A stretch of DNA of 64,000 bases from Buttiauxella sp. GTDB lineage: Bacteria > Pseudomonadota > Gammaproteobacteria > Enterobacterales > Enterobacteriaceae. Shown piece by piece: positions 1 to 9,460 of the stretch; positions within the stretch are counted from its first letter, which is position 1; the number at the start of each line of letters is the position of its first letter. The stretch is taken from assembly GCA_032000125.1 (NCBI GenBank), contig DAMALH010000016.1, positions 2,580 through 66,579 on the forward strand, in the 5' to 3' direction. The notes under the pieces are model-generated. The model ran no database searches. It saw only the letters and a program-made list of their open reading frames with translations, and had not been told where the DNA came from. A program made the translations under genes and the position numbers.

Positions 1-385
1 GTGATGCGCTAAGCTGGTTGCGCAGCCCTAATTCGTCAAACAGCGCCAGCGGATCCCCAATTTGCAGCTCCTGCGCCGTTTTGCCTTCAATCGCCGTTAA
101 TAAAACCGCCAGCAAACCACGAACGATGCGGCCTTCGCTGTCGCCATAAAAGTGCAGCGTGCCGTTTGATTCGCGCTGATGGCCGAGCCAGACGCGGTTT
201 TCGCAGCCAGCAATTTCGATATCATCGCGTTTTAAGTCTGCGGGCAGGGCGGGAAGCTGTTTGCCAAGCACGATCAGCTGTCGATATTTATCTTCCCACT
301 GCTGCAGGGGGATGAACGTTGCGCGCAGCGTTTCAGCGGTAATAGCGTTGCCAAACGGATGCCCGGCTAAAAATCCACTCGTCAT
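1..385 (-). CDS. csdE: CsdE (SufE-like sulfur acceptor); C-terminal part cut by the window edge
   Basis: Not in the ORF track because no stop lies in the window. Hand translation of the minus strand from the ATG at 385 gives [69 protein letters not shown]... This contains the SufE/CsdE-type GCENRVWL cysteine motif. The start abuts the csdA stop (386-388), as in a csdAE operon. Confidence 0.8.
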   Translation of the reverse strand, partial: MTSGFLAGHPFGNAITAETLRATFIPLQQWEDKYRQLIVLGKQLPALPADLKRDDIEIAGCENRVWLGHQRESNGTLHFYGDSEGRIVRGLLAVLLTAIEGKTAQELQIGDPLALFDELGLRNQLSAS

Positions 386-1591
386 TTAATCCACCAGAAT
401 ATCCAGCGCGCGGTCGATGGCTTTCACCAGCTCGTCCACGTCGCTTTGTGTGTTATAGGGGGCGAAGGACGCGCGAAGCGTGCCGCTCACTCCCAGCGCG
501 GCAAGCAGCGGCTGTGCGCAGTGCTGTCCGGCTCGTAACGCGATGCCTGATTCTGCCAGCAGCGTTACCATGTCGCTGTGGTGAACCCCCGCGAAATCGA
601 ATGCCAGCAGGCTTGAGTCCTGGCAGCGGAAGCTGCGAAAGCCCGGGCGCTTCGCCAGCTCGGCTTCTGCAAGCGTTGCAAGCCCCCGGCTGTAAGTCTC
701 CGCCTCAGCCACGTCTATATCTTCAAGCCATTCAAGCGCGGCGCTAAGGCCAATCACGCCGGCGACGTTTGGCGTACCGGCTTCAAAACGATAGGGCACC
801 GCCTGCGTTTTGAAACCTTCAAACGAGACGTGGGTAATCATTTTACCGCCGCCAAGCCACGGCGACATCTCTGCCAGCAGGCCGGTTTTACCATACAGCG
901 CGCCGATGCCCGTAGGTCCGTACAGCTTGTGGCCGGAGAAAGCATAAAAGTCGATATCCAGCGCCTGCACGTCCGGCGGGCAATGCACCACGCCCTGGGC
1001 GCCGTCCACCATCACCACTGCTCCAGCATCGTGCGCAAGGCCGATAGCTTTTGCGAGATCCGGGCAGCCGCCGGTTACGTTCGACATCTGCCCCAGCGCC
1101 AGAACTTTGGTGCGTGAGTTGAGCAAAGCAGGAAGCTGGTTGAGATCGGCAAGGTAATCTTTACCAATCGGCAGTTTAACAATACGTGCCCCGGTTTGCT
1201 CAGCGACCATCAGCCACGGCACGAAGTTAGCGTGGTGCTCGGCTTCGCTGACGATGATTTCATCGCCCGGCCGCAGGCGCGGGAGGGCGTAACACTGCGC
1301 AACCAGGTTGATGGCCTCGGTGGTGCCACGCGTCCAGATAATATCTTTGCCGGAAGGGGCGTTCAGCAAGGCTGCCACGGCTTCACGCGCCGCTTCGTAA
1401 CGGGCAGTGAGGCGCTGCGCCGTAGGGAACTGGCTGCGGTGAACGTTGCCTGCGCTGAGGCTGTAAAATTGCTGGCTGGCGTCAACCACCGCCTGAGGTT
1501 TTAATGCGGTCGCCGCAGAGTCCAGATAGACGCCGGCATCCGCGAGCGCCGGGAACTGGCTGCGAAAATGGGCAGGGTTAAATGCTTTCAT
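386..1591 (-). CDS. csdA: Cysteine desulfurase CsdA (PLP-dependent, class V aminotransferase fold)
   Basis: ORF track 386..1627. I prefer the internal ATG at 1591 (MKAFNPAHFRSQFPAL...), which has a GAGGA Shine-Dalgarno upstream and matches the E. coli CsdA N-terminus. It also has the SGHKLYGPTG PLP-lysine motif. Confidence 0.9.
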   Translation of the reverse strand: MKAFNPAHFRSQFPALADAGVYLDSAATALKPQAVVDASQQFYSLSAGNVHRSQFPTAQRLTARYEAAREAVAALLNAPSGKDIIWTRGTTEAINLVAQCYALPRLRPGDEIIVSEAEHHANFVPWLMVAEQTGARIVKLPIGKDYLADLNQLPALLNSRTKVLALGQMSNVTGGCPDLAKAIGLAHDAGAVVMVDGAQGVVHCPPDVQALDIDFYAFSGHKLYGPTGIGALYGKTGLLAEMSPWLGGGKMITHVSFEGFKTQAVPYRFEAGTPNVAGVIGLSAALEWLEDIDVAEAETYSRGLATLAEAELAKRPGFRSFRCQDSSLLAFDFAGVHHSDMVTLLAESGIALRAGQHCAQPLLAALGVSGTLRASFAPYNTQSDVDELVKAIDRALDILVD

Positions 1592-1787
1592 AATGATCCT
1601 CGTTTCAATCCGTAGATCGTGGCGCATTTCTTACGGGTGCACAAGGTATGCGTAACTATCGGAATGTTCTGCTTAACCTGGAAAAGTTACAAAAGAGAGT
1701 TATGCTAATAATTGTTAGGCTAAGGTTTCAGCCCGTAAGCAGAAGAGATTTAAGTAGCATTAAACTCTATATACAAGGAGAAGAATT

Positions 1788-2015
1788 ATGAATAAGGCAG
1801 CCGCTATTGTATCTGCATGTATGATGACTTTTGCTCTTGCAGCATGTTCCAGCCCGAACTACGTAATGCACACCAACGATGGCCGCACCATTGTCTCCGA
1901 TGGTAAGCCCCAAACCGATAACGAAACAGGGATGATTCAGTATAAAGATGCGAACGGGAACAAACAGCAGATCAACCGTACTGATGTGAAAGAGATGGTT
2001 GAGCTTAAGCATTGA
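1788..2015 (+). CDS. ygdI: Small lipoprotein of the YgdI/YgdR family (75 aa)
   Basis: ORF track 1788..2015. It has a signal peptide with lipobox LAAC|SS and an AAGGAG Shine-Dalgarno upstream. Its position between csdA and gcvA matches E. coli. Confidence 0.8.
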   Translation: MNKAAAIVSACMMTFALAACSSPNYVMHTNDGRTIVSDGKPQTDNETGMIQYKDANGNKQQINRTDVKEMVELKH

Positions 2016-2024
2016 TAAGTGAAT

Positions 2025-2229
2025 AAAAAAAAGCACCGCGTTAAGCGGTGCTACATTAATCACTATGGACAGACAGGGTAAATGTACAGGAAGTGAAAAG
2101 GGGTAGCTTTGCTACCGGGGTCTGGAATGCCAGACCAATTGCAAACACAACAACACAACATCACAACCGTAAGCCAAAAGCCCTCCAGAACACGCATTCC
2201 AGACAGCTTTTCGTTCCGGCTCAGGAAGT
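2025..2229 (-). ncRNA. gcvB: GcvB small regulatory RNA
   Basis: The minus strand reads ACTTCCTGAGCCGGAACGAAAAG...GGCTTACGGTTGTGATGTTGTGTTGTTGTGTTTGCAATTGGTCTG...GTAGCAAAGCTACC...CACTTCCTGTACATTTACCCTGTCTGTCCATAGTGATTAATGTAGCACCGCTTAACGCGGTGCTTTTTTTT. This is near-identical to E. coli GcvB as I recall it, including the GU-rich R1 region and terminator. It is divergent from gcvA. Confidence 0.9.
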
Positions 2230-2357
2230 GCCGCCACTATAGGTATTTGCTGGTGCATCCTCAACGGACAATTTATAATGGCTCAGATAAAAAAAACTAA
2301 TAGGTTAATTAAGTTAACCTTTTTGTTAACAGCCATTAACATTTAAGCCCCTTACCC

Positions 2358-3275
2358 ATGTCCAAGCGTTTGCCACCTCTTAATGCGTTACGTGTTTTTG
2401 ATGCCGCCGCACGTCACCTGAGCTTTACTAAAGCGGCCGAAGAGCTATTCGTCACTCAGGCGGCCGTTAGCCACCAGATTAAGTCTCTGGAGGACTTTTT
2501 AGGGCTAAAGTTGTTCCGTCGCCGCAACCGCTCGCTGCTGCTCACTGAAGAAGGGCAGAGCTATTACCTCGATATTAAAGAGATTTTTTCTCAGCTCACC
2601 GAGGCGACGCGCAAGCTCCAGGCCAGAAGCGCAAAAGGCGCGCTGACGGTAAGTTTACTGCCAAGTTTTGCCATTCACTGGCTGGTGCCTCGCCTTTCCA
2701 GCTTTAACTCAGCTTATCCGGGAATTGATGTCCGTATACAGGCCGTTGACCGTCAGGAAGATAAGCTTTCTGACGATGTTGACGTGGCTATTTTTTACGG
2801 CCGCGGAAACTGGCCCGGCCTGCGGGTTGAAAAATTGTACGCTGAGTATTTGCTGCCGGTCTGCTCGCCGATGCTGCTTACGGGCGACAGGCCAATCAAA
2901 ACGCCGGACGATCTCGCGCACCACACTTTATTACACGATGCTTCGCGGCGGGACTGGCAAACCTATACGCGCCAGCTGGGCGTGAGCCACATTAACGTGC
3001 AGCAGGGGCCCATTTTCAGCCACAGCGCGATGGTGCTGCAGGCCGCCATTCACGGGCAGGGCATTGCGCTGGCGAATAACGTCATGGCGCAGTCTGAAAT
3101 CGAAGCGGGCCGCCTGGTTTGCCCTTTTAACGACGTGCTGGTGAGTAAAAATGCCTTTTATCTTGTTTGTCATGACAGTCAGGCAGAACTCGGTAAAATA
3201 GCCGCATTCCGGCAGTGGATCCTGGCGAAGGCCGCCAGTGAACAGGAAAAATTCCGCTTTCGCTACGATCAATAA
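2358..3275 (+). CDS. gcvA: LysR-family glycine cleavage system activator GcvA
   Basis: ORF track, 305 aa. The N-terminal HTH is MSKRLPPLNALRVFDAAARHLSFTKAAEELFVTQAAVSHQIK. The gene is divergent from gcvB. Confidence 0.95.
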   Translation: MSKRLPPLNALRVFDAAARHLSFTKAAEELFVTQAAVSHQIKSLEDFLGLKLFRRRNRSLLLTEEGQSYYLDIKEIFSQLTEATRKLQARSAKGALTVSLLPSFAIHWLVPRLSSFNSAYPGIDVRIQAVDRQEDKLSDDVDVAIFYGRGNWPGLRVEKLYAEYLLPVCSPMLLTGDRPIKTPDDLAHHTLLHDASRRDWQTYTRQLGVSHINVQQGPIFSHSAMVLQAAIHGQGIALANNVMAQSEIEAGRLVCPFNDVLVSKNAFYLVCHDSQAELGKIAAFRQWILAKAASEQEKFRFRYDQ

Positions 3276-3322
3276 ATAAATCTTCGCGCGGCCAGGCTGC
3301 GCCTTACAGTTAGGGTTACACC

Positions 3323-3718
3323 ATGACCAGCCGTTTTATGCTGATTTTTACCGCTATCAGCGGCTTTATTTTCGTTGCCCTTGGGGCTTTTGGGGCACAC
3401 GTATTAAGCAAATCTCTTGGTGTCGTTGAGATGGGCTGGATCCAGACGGGTCTTGAATACCAGGCTTTTCATACGCTGGCCGTTTTTGGCCTGGCGGTTG
3501 CTATGCAGCGCCGTATCAGCATCTGGTTCTACTGGAGCAGCGTGTTTATGGCGCTCGGCACCGTTTTATTCAGCGGCAGTCTCTATTGTCTGGCGCTGTC
3601 ACATTTACGCCTCTGGGCGTTTGTTACACCCGTTGGCGGGGTAAGCTTCCTCGCCGGATGGGTTTTGATGTTGATCGGTGCAATGCGCCTGAAACGTAAG
3701 GGCGCAAGCCATGAATAA
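3323..3718 (+). CDS. ygdD: DUF423 inner-membrane protein YgdD
   Basis: ORF track, 131 aa, four hydrophobic segments. Position between gcvA and rlmM matches E. coli. Confidence 0.85.
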   Translation: MTSRFMLIFTAISGFIFVALGAFGAHVLSKSLGVVEMGWIQTGLEYQAFHTLAVFGLAVAMQRRISIWFYWSSVFMALGTVLFSGSLYCLALSHLRLWAFVTPVGGVSFLAGWVLMLIGAMRLKRKGASHE

Positions 3719-4814
3719 TAAAGTTATTTTGTACTGCCGCCAGGGCTTTGAAAAAGAGTGCGCGGCGGAAATTACCGATAAAGCAGGAAGCCGCGGCGTA
3801 TACGGTTTTGCGCGTGTTAAAGAAAGCAGCGGCTATGTAATTTTTGAATGCTATCAGCCAGAAGACGCTGACAAGCTGGCGCGTGAACTGCCGTTTAGCG
3901 ATCTGATCTTCGCTCGCCAGATGATCGTTGCCGGCGAGCTGTTAAAAGATCTGCCGCCGGAAGATCGCATCACGCCGATCGCCGGGATGCTGCAGGGCGT
4001 GGTGGAGAAGGGCGGCGAGCTGCGCGTTGAGGTTGCCGATACCAACGAAAGCAAAGAGCTGCTGAAGTTCTGCCGCAAGCTGACGGTCCCGCTGCGGGCC
4101 AGCCTGCGTGACGCGGGCGTGCTGGCTAACTATGAAACGCCAAAGCGCCCTGTGGTGCACGTTTTCTTTATCGCCCCTGGCTGTTGCTATACCGGTTATT
4201 CGTATTCCGACAACAACTCACCGTTTTATATGGGCATTCCCCGGCTTAAATTCCCGGCGGATGCGCCAAGCCGTTCAACGCTCAAGCTCGAAGAAGCGTT
4301 CCACGTCTTTATTCCTGCCGACGAATGGGACGAACGCCTGGCAAACGGAATGTATGCGGTGGATTTGGGCGCCTGCCCCGGCGGCTGGACTTACCAATTG
4401 GTGAAACGCAACATGTGGGTCTCTTCCGTGGATAACGGCCCGATGGCGCAAAGCTTGATGGACACCGGGCAGGTGACGTGGCTGCGTGAAGACGGGTTTA
4501 AATATAAGCCAACGCGCAATAACATCTCCTGGATGGTATGCGACATGGTTGAAAAGCCTGCGAAAGTGACGAGCCTGATGACGGCCTGGCTGGTGAACGG
4601 CTGGTGCCGTGAAACCATCTTTAACCTCAAGCTGCCAATGAAAAAGCGCTACGAGGAAGTGTCGCAAAACCTTGCGCAGATGCGTGAGAAGCTACAAGAA
4701 AACGGCATCAGCGCGCAGATTCAGGCACGCCAGCTTTATCACGACCGGGAAGAAGTGACCGTGCACGTGCGCCGTATGTGGGCCGCCGTGGGCGGCCGTC
4801 GCGACGAGCGTTAA
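3711..4814 (+). CDS. rlmM: 23S rRNA 2'-O-ribose C2498 methyltransferase RlmM
   Basis: ORF track, 367 aa. It has the AdoMet-binding motif [12 protein letters not shown] and overlaps the ygdD stop by 8 nt. Confidence 0.9.
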   Translation: MNNKVILYCRQGFEKECAAEITDKAGSRGVYGFARVKESSGYVIFECYQPEDADKLARELPFSDLIFARQMIVAGELLKDLPPEDRITPIAGMLQGVVEKGGELRVEVADTNESKELLKFCRKLTVPLRASLRDAGVLANYETPKRPVVHVFFIAPGCCYTGYSYSDNNSPFYMGIPRLKFPADAPSRSTLKLEEAFHVFIPADEWDERLANGMYAVDLGACPGGWTYQLVKRNMWVSSVDNGPMAQSLMDTGQVTWLREDGFKYKPTRNNISWMVCDMVEKPAKVTSLMTAWLVNGWCRETIFNLKLPMKKRYEEVSQNLAQMREKLQENGISAQIQARQLYHDREEVTVHVRRMWAAVGGRRDER

Positions 4815-4844
4815 CAGCAAAACGGCAGGGTGGATGACGCAAGC

Positions 4845-5618
4845 TTATCCGCCCTGTCCTCGCTTAACGGGTAAGCGTAACTGCTGCAAATTCCCGTCCA
4901 GCTTTAAATCCGTCTGCAAACGTGCAACCTGGCGACAGGTGAAGGCGCTCTCTTTATGCGACTCCAGCTTTTTCCGCCATTTCTCCGGTACCTCGTCCAG
5001 CTGCTGATACAGCGCTTCAAGCGTTGAGAACTGGTTTATCAATTGGGTGGCGCTTTTGGGCCCGATGCCCGCCACGCCCGGTATTTTGCTGCTGCTTATG
5101 CCTGTAAGGCCCCAGAAATCAGGCAGTTGCTCGGGCAGCACGCCATACTCTTGCGCAATGAAAGGCGCATCCAGCCAGCGTTTCTGGAAGTAGTCGCGAA
5201 TCTCAATCCCCGGCGCCAGCAGCTGGCAAAAACCTTTATCGGTGGAAATGATAGTGGCGCGATGGCCGCCCGCTGAGAGCTTAACGGCAAGGGTTGCAGC
5301 CAGATCGTCCGCCTCGTTCCCCTGCGAATGCCAGCAGGCGACGCCGCGACGGGCGAAGGCTTCCCGAATGACGGGCATTTCATGCTGCAGGGATTCCGGC
5401 ATCGGCGCACGGCCGGCTTTGTAGTCCGGCAGCACCTGATGCCGCCAGCCTTCGCGCCTGTTTTCATCGTCAAACACCGCAACGGCATGGGTTGGCTGGC
5501 TGTGGGTTATCAGCAGTTCAAGGGCGTGCAGACAGGTGTCGACGCAGGGGGAGCCCTGTACCGCATGAATACGGCGAATAAGGTTCAGCGCGTCGACGAT
5601 AAGTAGATGAATGTTCAT
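4845..5618 (-). CDS. xni: Flap endonuclease Xni (ExoIX)
   Basis: ORF track, 257 aa. [22 protein letters not shown]...[18 protein letters not shown] matches E. coli Xni along its length. Confidence 0.9.
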   Translation of the reverse strand: MNIHLLIVDALNLIRRIHAVQGSPCVDTCLHALELLITHSQPTHAVAVFDDENRREGWRHQVLPDYKAGRAPMPESLQHEMPVIREAFARRGVACWHSQGNEADDLAATLAVKLSAGGHRATIISTDKGFCQLLAPGIEIRDYFQKRWLDAPFIAQEYGVLPEQLPDFWGLTGISSSKIPGVAGIGPKSATQLINQFSTLEALYQQLDEVPEKWRKKLESHKESAFTCRQVARLQTDLKLDGNLQQLRLPVKRGQGG

Positions 5619-5802
5619 TGTTTTTCACTTTCTGTAGCGACTCCGCCTACTTTAACATCTCCCCGCGCGGGGGGCGAATCTGAGAAAGCGATTTGGGAAA
5701 GCGCCTCGCAAAAAATCATCGTTTTTACTTCTGCAAAGGCATTGCTAATTAATTTGATTGCTATGTATATTTTAAACGAACAGAAAAATCAGAGATAACA
5801 AT

Positions 5803-6987
5803 ATGAGCAACAGCACGCACCTCGCACATCGCATCCAGAATCTGCAGCCTTCGGCTATTCGTGAACTTTTAAAACACAGCAAAATGCCGGGCGTGATTTC
5901 GCTTGCGGGCGGTATTCCTTCCCATGAACTGTTCGATAAAGAAGGCCTGGCGCAAGCCACGCACAGGGTCGTGGGTGAGAGCTTTAACGACGCTTTCCAG
6001 TATGGCTTAACGGAAGGGAACGTTGAGCTTCGCCAGCAGCTTGTCAGGCTTTGCCAGGAGCGCGGCATTACCACCAGCCCTGACCAACTGCTTATCACCT
6101 CCGGTTCTCAGCAGGCGCTGGATCTGTTAATTCGCGCGCTGGCAAACCCCGGCGACGTGTTTGTCGTTGAACGTCCAACTTACCTTGCCACGCTGCAAAT
6201 TCTTAGCCTCACGGAAGCCACGGTAAAATCCGTCGGCGGCGACGAGCACGGCATGATCGTTGATGAGCTCGAAGATTTACTGAAAACGACCCGCATTAAG
6301 TGCGTTTATCTGGTGCCTACCTTTGGCAACCCGAGCGGCACAACGCTCAGCGCTGAGCGCCGCGAGAAGCTGGTGAAACTGGCCGTTGAGCATGATTTCG
6401 TTATCATTGAAGACGATCCGTACGGCGCAATCAGCTTTACCGATAGCCGTGAGAAAACGCTTTTCCAGGTTGCGGCGGAAAGAGGCAATCACGAAAACGT
6501 GGTCTATACCTCAACCTTCTCTAAAATTCTGGCGCCGGGGCTGCGTGTGGGCTGGTTAATCCTGCCGGAATGGATGAAGCAGAAGGTGGCTATCATTAAG
6601 CAGGCTACCGATCTGCATGCCAACTCTCTCTCCCAGTCGTTAGTGGCGGCTTATCTGACTCTGGACCGGTTGAATCCGCAGATTGCGCTGATTCGCGAGG
6701 CCTATAAGCAGAAATGCCTTAGCCTGTCGCGCTACCTGCAGGATGAGCTGGGCGAGCACATCAGCTTTAACCAGCCGCAGGGCGGGATGTTCCTGTGGGC
6801 GAAGTTCCGCTACGAGTTTGATACCACCAGGTGGCTGCAGCAGACGCTGGAAAAAGGCGTGGTCTACGTGCCCGGCGAGTTCTTCTTTAGCGACAACGCG
6901 GATAAAAAGACGCTGCGTTTCTCTTACGCCACGGCCTCGGAGGAACAGCTTTACGAGGCGGTGAAGCGGCTGAAGTCGGCGCTGTAA
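5803..6987 (+). CDS. PLP-dependent aminotransferase, class I/II (2-aminoadipate/LysN-like); substrate unknown
   Basis: ORF track, 394 aa. It has the SAIRELL...ISLAGGIP N-terminal signature and the STFSKILAPGLRVGW PLP-lysine motif. Confidence 0.75.
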   Translation: MSNSTHLAHRIQNLQPSAIRELLKHSKMPGVISLAGGIPSHELFDKEGLAQATHRVVGESFNDAFQYGLTEGNVELRQQLVRLCQERGITTSPDQLLITSGSQQALDLLIRALANPGDVFVVERPTYLATLQILSLTEATVKSVGGDEHGMIVDELEDLLKTTRIKCVYLVPTFGNPSGTTLSAERREKLVKLAVEHDFVIIEDDPYGAISFTDSREKTLFQVAAERGNHENVVYTSTFSKILAPGLRVGWLILPEWMKQKVAIIKQATDLHANSLSQSLVAAYLTLDRLNPQIALIREAYKQKCLSLSRYLQDELGEHISFNQPQGGMFLWAKFRYEFDTTRWLQQTLEKGVVYVPGEFFFSDNADKKTLRFSYATASEEQLYEAVKRLKSAL

Positions 6988-7016
6988 ATAAAAAGGAGCC
7001 TTTTGGCTCCTTTTTT
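6988..7016. terminator. Bidirectional intrinsic terminator between the aminotransferase gene and kdgT
   Basis: The sequence is an A-run, then GGAGCC-TTTT-GGCTCC, then a T-run, between convergent stops at 6987 and 7024. Confidence 0.7.
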
Positions 7017-7023
7017 AATCACG

Positions 7024-8004
7024 CTATGCGTTTTGTACCAGCTCTTTCTCTCGTATCTTACCGCCGACGCGTCTTGAGTAGAGCGCGGTTACGATCGGCA
7101 CCAGAATTGCCGTTACGACGACGCTTGCGGCGACTAGCGCGGTAGCGGAAGCCGCAACGGGTTCAAACGCCGGATTGATTTGCGCAATGATAACCGGATT
7201 CGCCACCGCCGCTCCCGCCGCAGAAGAGGCGGCAATGCCCGCGGTCCCGTTACCTCCGGCAATAAATTTATCGGCCAGTATCAACGGGATGCCGGTAATT
7301 ATGATTACGGCAACGCCCAGCAGAATGCCCAGCAGGCCGGTATCCATAATCACCCTCAGGTTGATGGTGTTGCCCAAAGCAAATCCGAAGAACGGAATCA
7401 GCGTTGGCGTAGCCTTGCTGAAAAAGGCGCGCAAATCATGATCAAGATTACCCAGCGTGAAGCCAACCAGGAAAGGCAGCACGGCGCCGACAAAGTGGTG
7501 CGGCTCAAACGTGGCCAGGCCAGCCGAACCCAGAATCACCATCGTCATCAACGGTCCGGATTCCAGCGACATCAGAACGAATGCGCCAGACTCTTCTTTG
7601 GTGCCGTACTGGTTCATCAGGCTGGCGTACAGGCCGCCGTTAGTCATGTCCATGGCTGAAACCAGCGCCAGTACTGACAGACCAGCAAACATTCCGGTCT
7701 GGATTCCTTCGTCGGGAATAAAGGAGGAGGCAATCATCGCCACAACCCAGGCAACCGCTATTTTGGTGATAACCAGCGTGCCGGATTTGCGCAGTACCGT
7801 ACCGGTGGCGCGTAAATCAATGGAGGCGCCAATACAGAAAAACCACACCGCAAGAATAGGAACGGTGCCGCCGATCATACCTTTAGTAAAGGAGCCAAAG
7901 TAGCTCCCTGCATCCGGCGCGAAGGTATTTAACAACGCGCCAAGCAGCAGCGGAATGAGCATCATCCCGCCAGGAATACGTTCAATATTCGCTTTAATTT
8001 TCAT
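7024..8004 (-). CDS. kdgT: 2-keto-3-deoxygluconate permease KdgT
   Basis: ORF track, 326 aa, polytopic. [18 protein letters not shown]...[21 protein letters not shown] matches E. coli KdgT as recalled. Confidence 0.9.
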   Translation of the reverse strand: MKIKANIERIPGGMMLIPLLLGALLNTFAPDAGSYFGSFTKGMIGGTVPILAVWFFCIGASIDLRATGTVLRKSGTLVITKIAVAWVVAMIASSFIPDEGIQTGMFAGLSVLALVSAMDMTNGGLYASLMNQYGTKEESGAFVLMSLESGPLMTMVILGSAGLATFEPHHFVGAVLPFLVGFTLGNLDHDLRAFFSKATPTLIPFFGFALGNTINLRVIMDTGLLGILLGVAVIIITGIPLILADKFIAGGNGTAGIAASSAAGAAVANPVIIAQINPAFEPVAASATALVAASVVVTAILVPIVTALYSRRVGGKIREKELVQNA

Positions 8005-8068
8005 AAAAATTCCTCATCATTCCTTATTGAACCCTGCGTGACGGCTTAAAATGCGCGCACGGGTTCGC

Positions 8069-8091
8069 AATAAAAATCTTGTATTTTTATT
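8069..8091. promoter_or_regulatory. AT-rich perfect 9+9 inverted repeat; candidate KdgR-type operator upstream of kdgT
   Basis: The sequence AATAAAAAT-CTTGT-ATTTTTATT lies 65-87 bp upstream of the kdgT start. Its resemblance to the KdgR box is only approximate. Confidence 0.35.
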
Positions 8092-8241
8092 GGGTTATCT
8101 GAAGTTTCCGCACAAAGTACTGAAGCTTATTCTTTAGTACAGGTCTGGTATGTTGCTATGAACGAGGTTTTCCCGAATGGTTAGGCTCCGAAAGCTACTG
8201 TATGGCGGCCACTATCCATCCATCGGAATTATGATTCAATC

Positions 8242-8264
8242 AAAATGAAACAATATTTCAATTT
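8242..8264. promoter_or_regulatory. Candidate KdgR operator upstream of kduI
   Basis: AAAATGAAACAATATTTCAATTT fits the KdgR box pattern (AAATGAAAC-N3-GTTTCATTT-like) known from pectin and KDG regulons. It lies in the kdgT/kduI divergent region. Confidence 0.5.
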
Positions 8265-8419
8265 GGATCACATTATTTTTATGCCAACGCTGCTAAAGTA
8301 TTTATTAAGAAGCTGAGATGTAAATAACGTGTAATAAAAGATATTTATATCGCCGTTTTTCATTAATAGCGACGGATGTGATTAGCGTATCCGTTCGAAT
8401 ATGCCGGTGAGGAGAAGTA

Positions 8420-9256
8420 ATGGAGATTCGTCAAAGCATTCACAGCGAACATGCGAAAACGCTGGATACGGCTGGTCTGCGCAAAGAGTTTTTGATTGAG
8501 AAGATTTTTATCGCCGATCGGTACACCATGACCTACAGCCATATCGACCGCATTATTGTCGGCGGCGTGATGCCGGTGACGCGCTCAGTGAGCGTGGGCG
8601 GTGAAGTGGGCAAACAACTGGGCGTGAGCTATTTTCTTGAGCGCCGGGAGCTGGGCGTTATCAACATTGGTGGCGCAGGCACCATTACGGTTGACGGCAC
8701 CTGCTATGAAATTGGTCATCGCGATGCGCTGTATGTAGGAAAGGGCGCGAGAGAAGTGGTGTTTGAAAGCGTTGATGCGGCGCAACCCGCCCGCTTTTAC
8801 TATAACTGCGCGCCGGCCCATACCACTTACCCAACCAGGCGCGTTACGCCTGCGGATGTATCACCGGTCACGCTGGGTGAAGACGTCACCAGCAATCGTC
8901 GCACTATCAACAAATATTTCGTTCCGGACGTGCTGGAAACCTGTCAGTTGAGCATGGGGCTAACGGAACTGGCGCCTGGCAACCTGTGGAACACCATGCC
9001 GTGCCACACCCATGAACGCCGTATGGAAGTCTATTTCTACTTTGGGCTGGAAGAGAATAGCTGCGTTTTCCATATGATGGGGCAGCCGCAGGAAACCCGT
9101 CATCTTGTGGTGCAAAATGAACAGGCCGTTATTTCGCCGAGCTGGTCGATTCACTCGGGCGTAGGCACGCGCGCTTATACCTTTATCTGGGGTATGGTGG
9201 GTGAGAATCAGGTGTTTGACGATATGGACCACGTCAAAGTGGGGGATTTGCGCTAG
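8420..9256 (+). CDS. kduI: 5-dehydro-4-deoxy-D-glucuronate isomerase KduI
   Basis: ORF track, 278 aa. It has cupin-type motifs ([16 protein letters not shown]) and a GAGGAG Shine-Dalgarno upstream. Confidence 0.9.
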   Translation: MEIRQSIHSEHAKTLDTAGLRKEFLIEKIFIADRYTMTYSHIDRIIVGGVMPVTRSVSVGGEVGKQLGVSYFLERRELGVINIGGAGTITVDGTCYEIGHRDALYVGKGAREVVFESVDAAQPARFYYNCAPAHTTYPTRRVTPADVSPVTLGEDVTSNRRTINKYFVPDVLETCQLSMGLTELAPGNLWNTMPCHTHERRMEVYFYFGLEENSCVFHMMGQPQETRHLVVQNEQAVISPSWSIHSGVGTRAYTFIWGMVGENQVFDDMDHVKVGDLR

Positions 9257-9274
9257 GACGCTCCGCTATAAAAA

Positions 9275-9454
9275 AGGCCCTCAATCGAGGGCCTCAGATT
9301 GCTGACCAGGAAGTAAAAAGCGTAGTTTTTCCTTCCTGGTGATTATCAGCTGAAAATTAATGGATTGATTTTCCTTGTTTTTAAACGACAGCCCTTTTTA
9401 GTTTTATCACGCTGGAAGTTTTGTCGTCAGTCTGAGGCCCTCAATCGAGGGCCT
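9275..9454 (+). repeat. MITE-like structured repeat, copy A: 140-bp core (9295-9434) flanked by identical 20-bp hairpin copies (9275-9294 and 9435-9454)
   Basis: The direct repeat is AGGCCCTCAATCGAGGGCCT, present twice. Core termini are CAGATTGCTGAC...GTCGTCAGTCTG (imperfect inverted repeats). Internal hairpins lie at 9305-9340 and 9352-9373. The core aligns along its length with 10890-11031 and with the reverse complement of 40612-40751. Confidence 0.8.
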
Positions 9455-9460
9455 TGCTTT

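Noticed and set aside
1767-2300. ORFs 1767..2063 (minus strand) and 2109..2300 (plus strand)
   Set aside because: The first is antisense to ygdI and overlaps the gcvB terminator. The second runs antisense through gcvB. The region is fully explained by ygdI and GcvB.
9295-9434. The possibility that the three repeats are ERIC/IRU, REP/BIME or boxC elements, or a type I toxin-antitoxin or sRNA gene family
   Set aside because: They lack the ERIC core (no CTGGGGAT / GTGAATCCCC-type sequence) and the REP GC-rich consensus. No conserved small hydrophobic ORF and no promoter-plus-terminator pair of their own could be found. The identity of the family remains open and needs a database search.
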